The translations under genes and the position numbers were made by a program. A stretch of 29,554 nt of DNA from a virus: IMG/VR virus record IMGVR_UViG_3300045988_082515; one strand, written 5' to 3'. How positions within the stretch are numbered: the stretch's first letter is position 1; the number at the start of each line of letters is the position of its first letter. Below are positions 28,979 through 29,554 of this stretch, one piece after another. The notes beneath the pieces were generated by a model. The model had not been told where the DNA came from, ran no database searches, and worked only from the letters and a program-made list of their open reading frames with translations.

Positions 28979-29554
28979 TGATAAAGAATTGGAATGAAAT
29001 GGATTTATCTCATTATAAAAGACTGTTTGAGATAATACGAAAAGACTGGGAAAATGAATTAGATATGAATTTAGCTATGGTATCTGTACTTAGTGATATA
29101 CCTATAGAAGATATAACTAATATGGAAGTAAACAAGCTACAAGAATTTATAAATAATCTTAAATTTATAGAGACCCCATATAAGCCAAAAACCCCAGAAA
29201 CTACTTATAATATTGGTAATAAAGAATATAAAGTCTTTTTTAATGTTAATAAGATGACGGCCAGTCAATATATTGACTTTCAGAATTTTTATAAGCAGTA
29301 TGATGATTTTATGCCTAATCTAGCAGCTTGTTTCTTACTACCTAATGGAAAGAAGTATGGAGAAGATTATGACCCTATTGATGAGGCAGAATTCTTAAAT
29401 ACTCATCTAACAATAGATATATTTTCAGACATAATGTTTTTTTTTGTAAACTTATTGCAAGTATCAACGCTGAGTACCCTACACTCTTCGGAAAGGGAGA
29501 TGAAGAAGAGACTAAGGAAAACCAGGGACAAACTGGAAAGGAGGAAACTTCTGA
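28978..29554 (+). CDS. Tail-assembly-chaperone-like gene, N-terminal 0-frame part. It runs off the window and wraps to base 1.
   Basis: ATG 28978 overlaps the terL TAA. The frame is open to the window end. The protein-like sequence runs up to ...EAEFLNTHLTIDIFSDIMFFF at the T9 run (29437-29445). After the run the 0 frame turns into a basic, low-complexity tail that ends at TAG 182-184 in wrapped coordinates. Confidence 0.6.
   Translation, partial: MIKNWNEMDLSHYKRLFEIIRKDWENELDMNLAMVSVLSDIPIEDITNMEVNKLQEFINNLKFIETPYKPKTPETTYNIGNKEYKVFFNVNKMTASQYIDFQNFYKQYDDFMPNLAACFLLPNGKKYGEDYDPIDEAEFLNTHLTIDIFSDIMFFFVNLLQVSTLSTLHSSEREMKKRLRKTRDKLERRKLL
29436..29554. repeat. Terminal direct repeat copy 2, identical to 1..119.
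   Basis: Exact 119-nt identity with the window start. Confidence 0.95.

Noticed and set aside
1-29554. TGA read as Gly (code 25, Gracilibacteria/Absconditabacteria) or as selenocysteine.
   Set aside because: TGA aligns with positions I recognise as conserved Trp (GIY-YIG RW and KYGW, M15 WxH, sigma region 2 W, DUF285-like WD). Thirty-six sites with no recurring downstream SECIS-like hairpin make Sec implausible. This still needs a formal HMM-column test.
1-29554. A Mollicute (Mycoplasma/Spiroplasma) host as the simple explanation for code 4.
   Set aside because: The genome encodes a holin plus a peptidoglycan M15 peptidase. It also carries Bacteroides-type TTTG/TAnnTTTG promoter boxes and BACON-like domains. 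None of this fits wall-less Mollicutes. The argument is inference only.
1-29554. tRNA genes, CRISPR arrays, rRNA, or a DGR/retron-type reverse transcriptase.
   Set aside because: Non-coding gaps are at most about 200 nt, and by eye none contains a cloverleaf or T-loop box. No spaced direct repeats or RT motifs were seen. Visual scanning can miss tRNAs, so tRNAscan-SE should confirm.

Overview
This window is a complete, circularly assembled tailed-phage genome of about 29.4 kb. Bases 1-119 recur exactly at 29436-29554, and an ORF reads across the junction. It is AT-rich and densely coded, with about 45 genes. Many gene junctions overlap as TAATG or ATGA, and start codons mostly lack Shine-Dalgarno sequences.

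The main result is recoding. The standard-code ORF track fragments 18 genes. All 36 interruptions are in-frame TGA, never TAA or TAG. Several fall on family-invariant Trp positions in GIY-YIG, M15 peptidase, sigma region 2 and BspA/DUF285-like repeats. I therefore read TGA as Trp (code-4-like).

Gene map under that code:
- Plus strand, 449-8685: tail genes, including a 1149-aa BACON-like tail protein and an 896-aa tape measure.
- Plus strand, 8798-12090: prohead protease, GIY-YIG, scaffold, HK97-like capsid and tail tube.
- Plus strand, 12181-17632: two paralogous fibre plus BspA-LRR cassettes.
- Plus strand, 17740-22494: portal, connectors, GIY-YIG, a TM-GAF-like protein, holin, M15 endolysin and HNH.
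- Minus strand, 25361-22508: GIY-YIG, DEYH helicase and three small ORFs.
- Plus strand, 25511 across the junction to 327: nuclease, a two-ORF ECF-like sigma, TerS, TerL and a chaperone-like gene with a T9 -1 frameshift site.

I found no tRNA, CRISPR array, integrase or DNA polymerase. Promoter boxes (TTTG-N20-TAnnTTTG) and domain content point to a walled, Bacteroidota-like host, which makes the decoding mechanism an open question.
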